Positions 62,971 to 64,000 of a stretch of 64,000 bases of DNA are shown here, one piece after another. The notes beneath the pieces were generated by a model. It was not told the DNA's origin and did no database searches. It saw only the letters and a program-made list of their open reading frames with translations. The translations under genes and the position numbers were made by a program. Within the stretch, counting starts at the first letter, position 1. The number at the start of each line of letters is the position of its first letter. Source of the DNA: Octopus sinensis (lineage: Eukaryota); NCBI RefSeq assembly GCF_006345805.1, contig NC_043022.1, forward strand, positions 16,244,001-16,308,000, written 5' to 3'.

Positions 62971-64000
62971 GGTATCAAGAATAAATAGGATTTATGTACA
63001 TTAGTGTTATAATTTTACATTGATCTAGACTTTACAGTTGTCAAAATTTCATTGCTAAGTGAAGTTCTGAAGTTCTGGAGTATATTCTTGGCAAGTCAAT
63101 TCCATGATTTCAAACTGTAACTGCTGATGAATAATTGAGAAGAAATCATTGGAGATTCGTTATTTTGGGGATCTTCCCTGGTAATATTTGACAAGGACCC
63201 TTTAAGAAATGGTTAAACATCCAGACTTTATGCTTTGGAAACTGCTCTGGGGGAACTTTTTATCTGTTGTTCATTTCAGTTATTAGACTGTGGCCATGCT
63301 GGAGTACTGCCTTGAAGAATTTTAGTCAAATGAATTGACTCCAGTACATTTTGTTTTAAGACTGGTACTTTTTGTTGGTCTCTTTTGCTGAACTGGTATG
63401 TTACAAGGACATAAACACACCAACAACGGTTGTCAAGAGTGGTGGGGGACAAACACAGATGCAAATACACAAGTACCTATATATATATATACATATATAT
63501 ACTCACACGATGGTCTTCTTTCAGTTCCTCTCTGCCAAATCCACTCACAAGGCTTTGATCGACTTGAGGCTATAGCAGAAGACACTTGGCCAAAGTGCCA
63601 CACACTGAGATTGAACATGGAACCATGTGGTTGGGAAGCAAACTTCATACCACACAACCATGCCTGCAGAGGTTAAGTAAAAGTCTACCCTCACCCCCCC
63701 TCTCAGTACCCTAAATGAATCTATAACAAAACAGACTCCTGCTCTTTTAGGAGTGAGTGGGTAGACTGCTGCTGTCATGAACAAATGAACTTCGATGCAA
63801 AGATGCTCTGTTTGTGCTGGCCCATACCATGTCTATATTCTGTGTCGCCCTCCATCTTTCTCTGTCTGGTCCCTGAAGTTCCATAACATACTGAAACTAA
63901 TGCTTCTGAGACTAGAACTTCAACCATTCTTTCTCACCTAGGAAGCTATAACTAAAACAGAAACTTCGGGGCTTTTTTATTTGACAGCATGACACACTGA

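Noticed and set aside
1302-63784. Most ORFs in the six-frame track
   Set aside because: They are translations of microsatellites (poly-CV, YI, HT, LS, ER, I, N) or of SINE bodies. The same peptides recur at each SINE copy.
1-64000. CRISPR arrays, operons, rRNA genes, prokaryotic terminators
   Set aside because: The sequence is eukaryotic; no regularly spaced repeat-spacer array or rRNA-like sequence was seen.

Overview
AT-rich eukaryotic (animal) genomic DNA, almost entirely intronic or intergenic. The dense tRNA-derived SINE families, the (CA)n/(TA)n/(ATT)n/(TCTA)n microsatellite load and the repeat types look like coleoid cephalopod (Octopus) DNA; this is pattern recognition, not a database result. 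There is no long protein-coding ORF. Nearly all ORFs in the supplied track are microsatellite or SINE read-throughs. The exception is the C-terminal part of 36163-36720 (-), a restriction-like endonuclease domain of a 5'-truncated R4/Dong-type retrotransposon sitting in a (TAA)n tract. Well-supported content: at least five SINE-like families, two TTAA/piggyBac-type MITE families, a non-autonomous Helitron, LINE fossils, and a Penelope-like remnant with a decayed hammerhead ribozyme. Several short candidate exons exist on both strands, but I cannot assemble or name a host gene. Best leads: a candidate box H/ACA snoRNA (about 26068-26201, +), a pre-miRNA-like hairpin (9765-9845), and a local ~230-bp inverted duplication of a LINE fragment (32209-33566) that would form long dsRNA if transcribed. 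I did not find a convincing novel multi-gene system.
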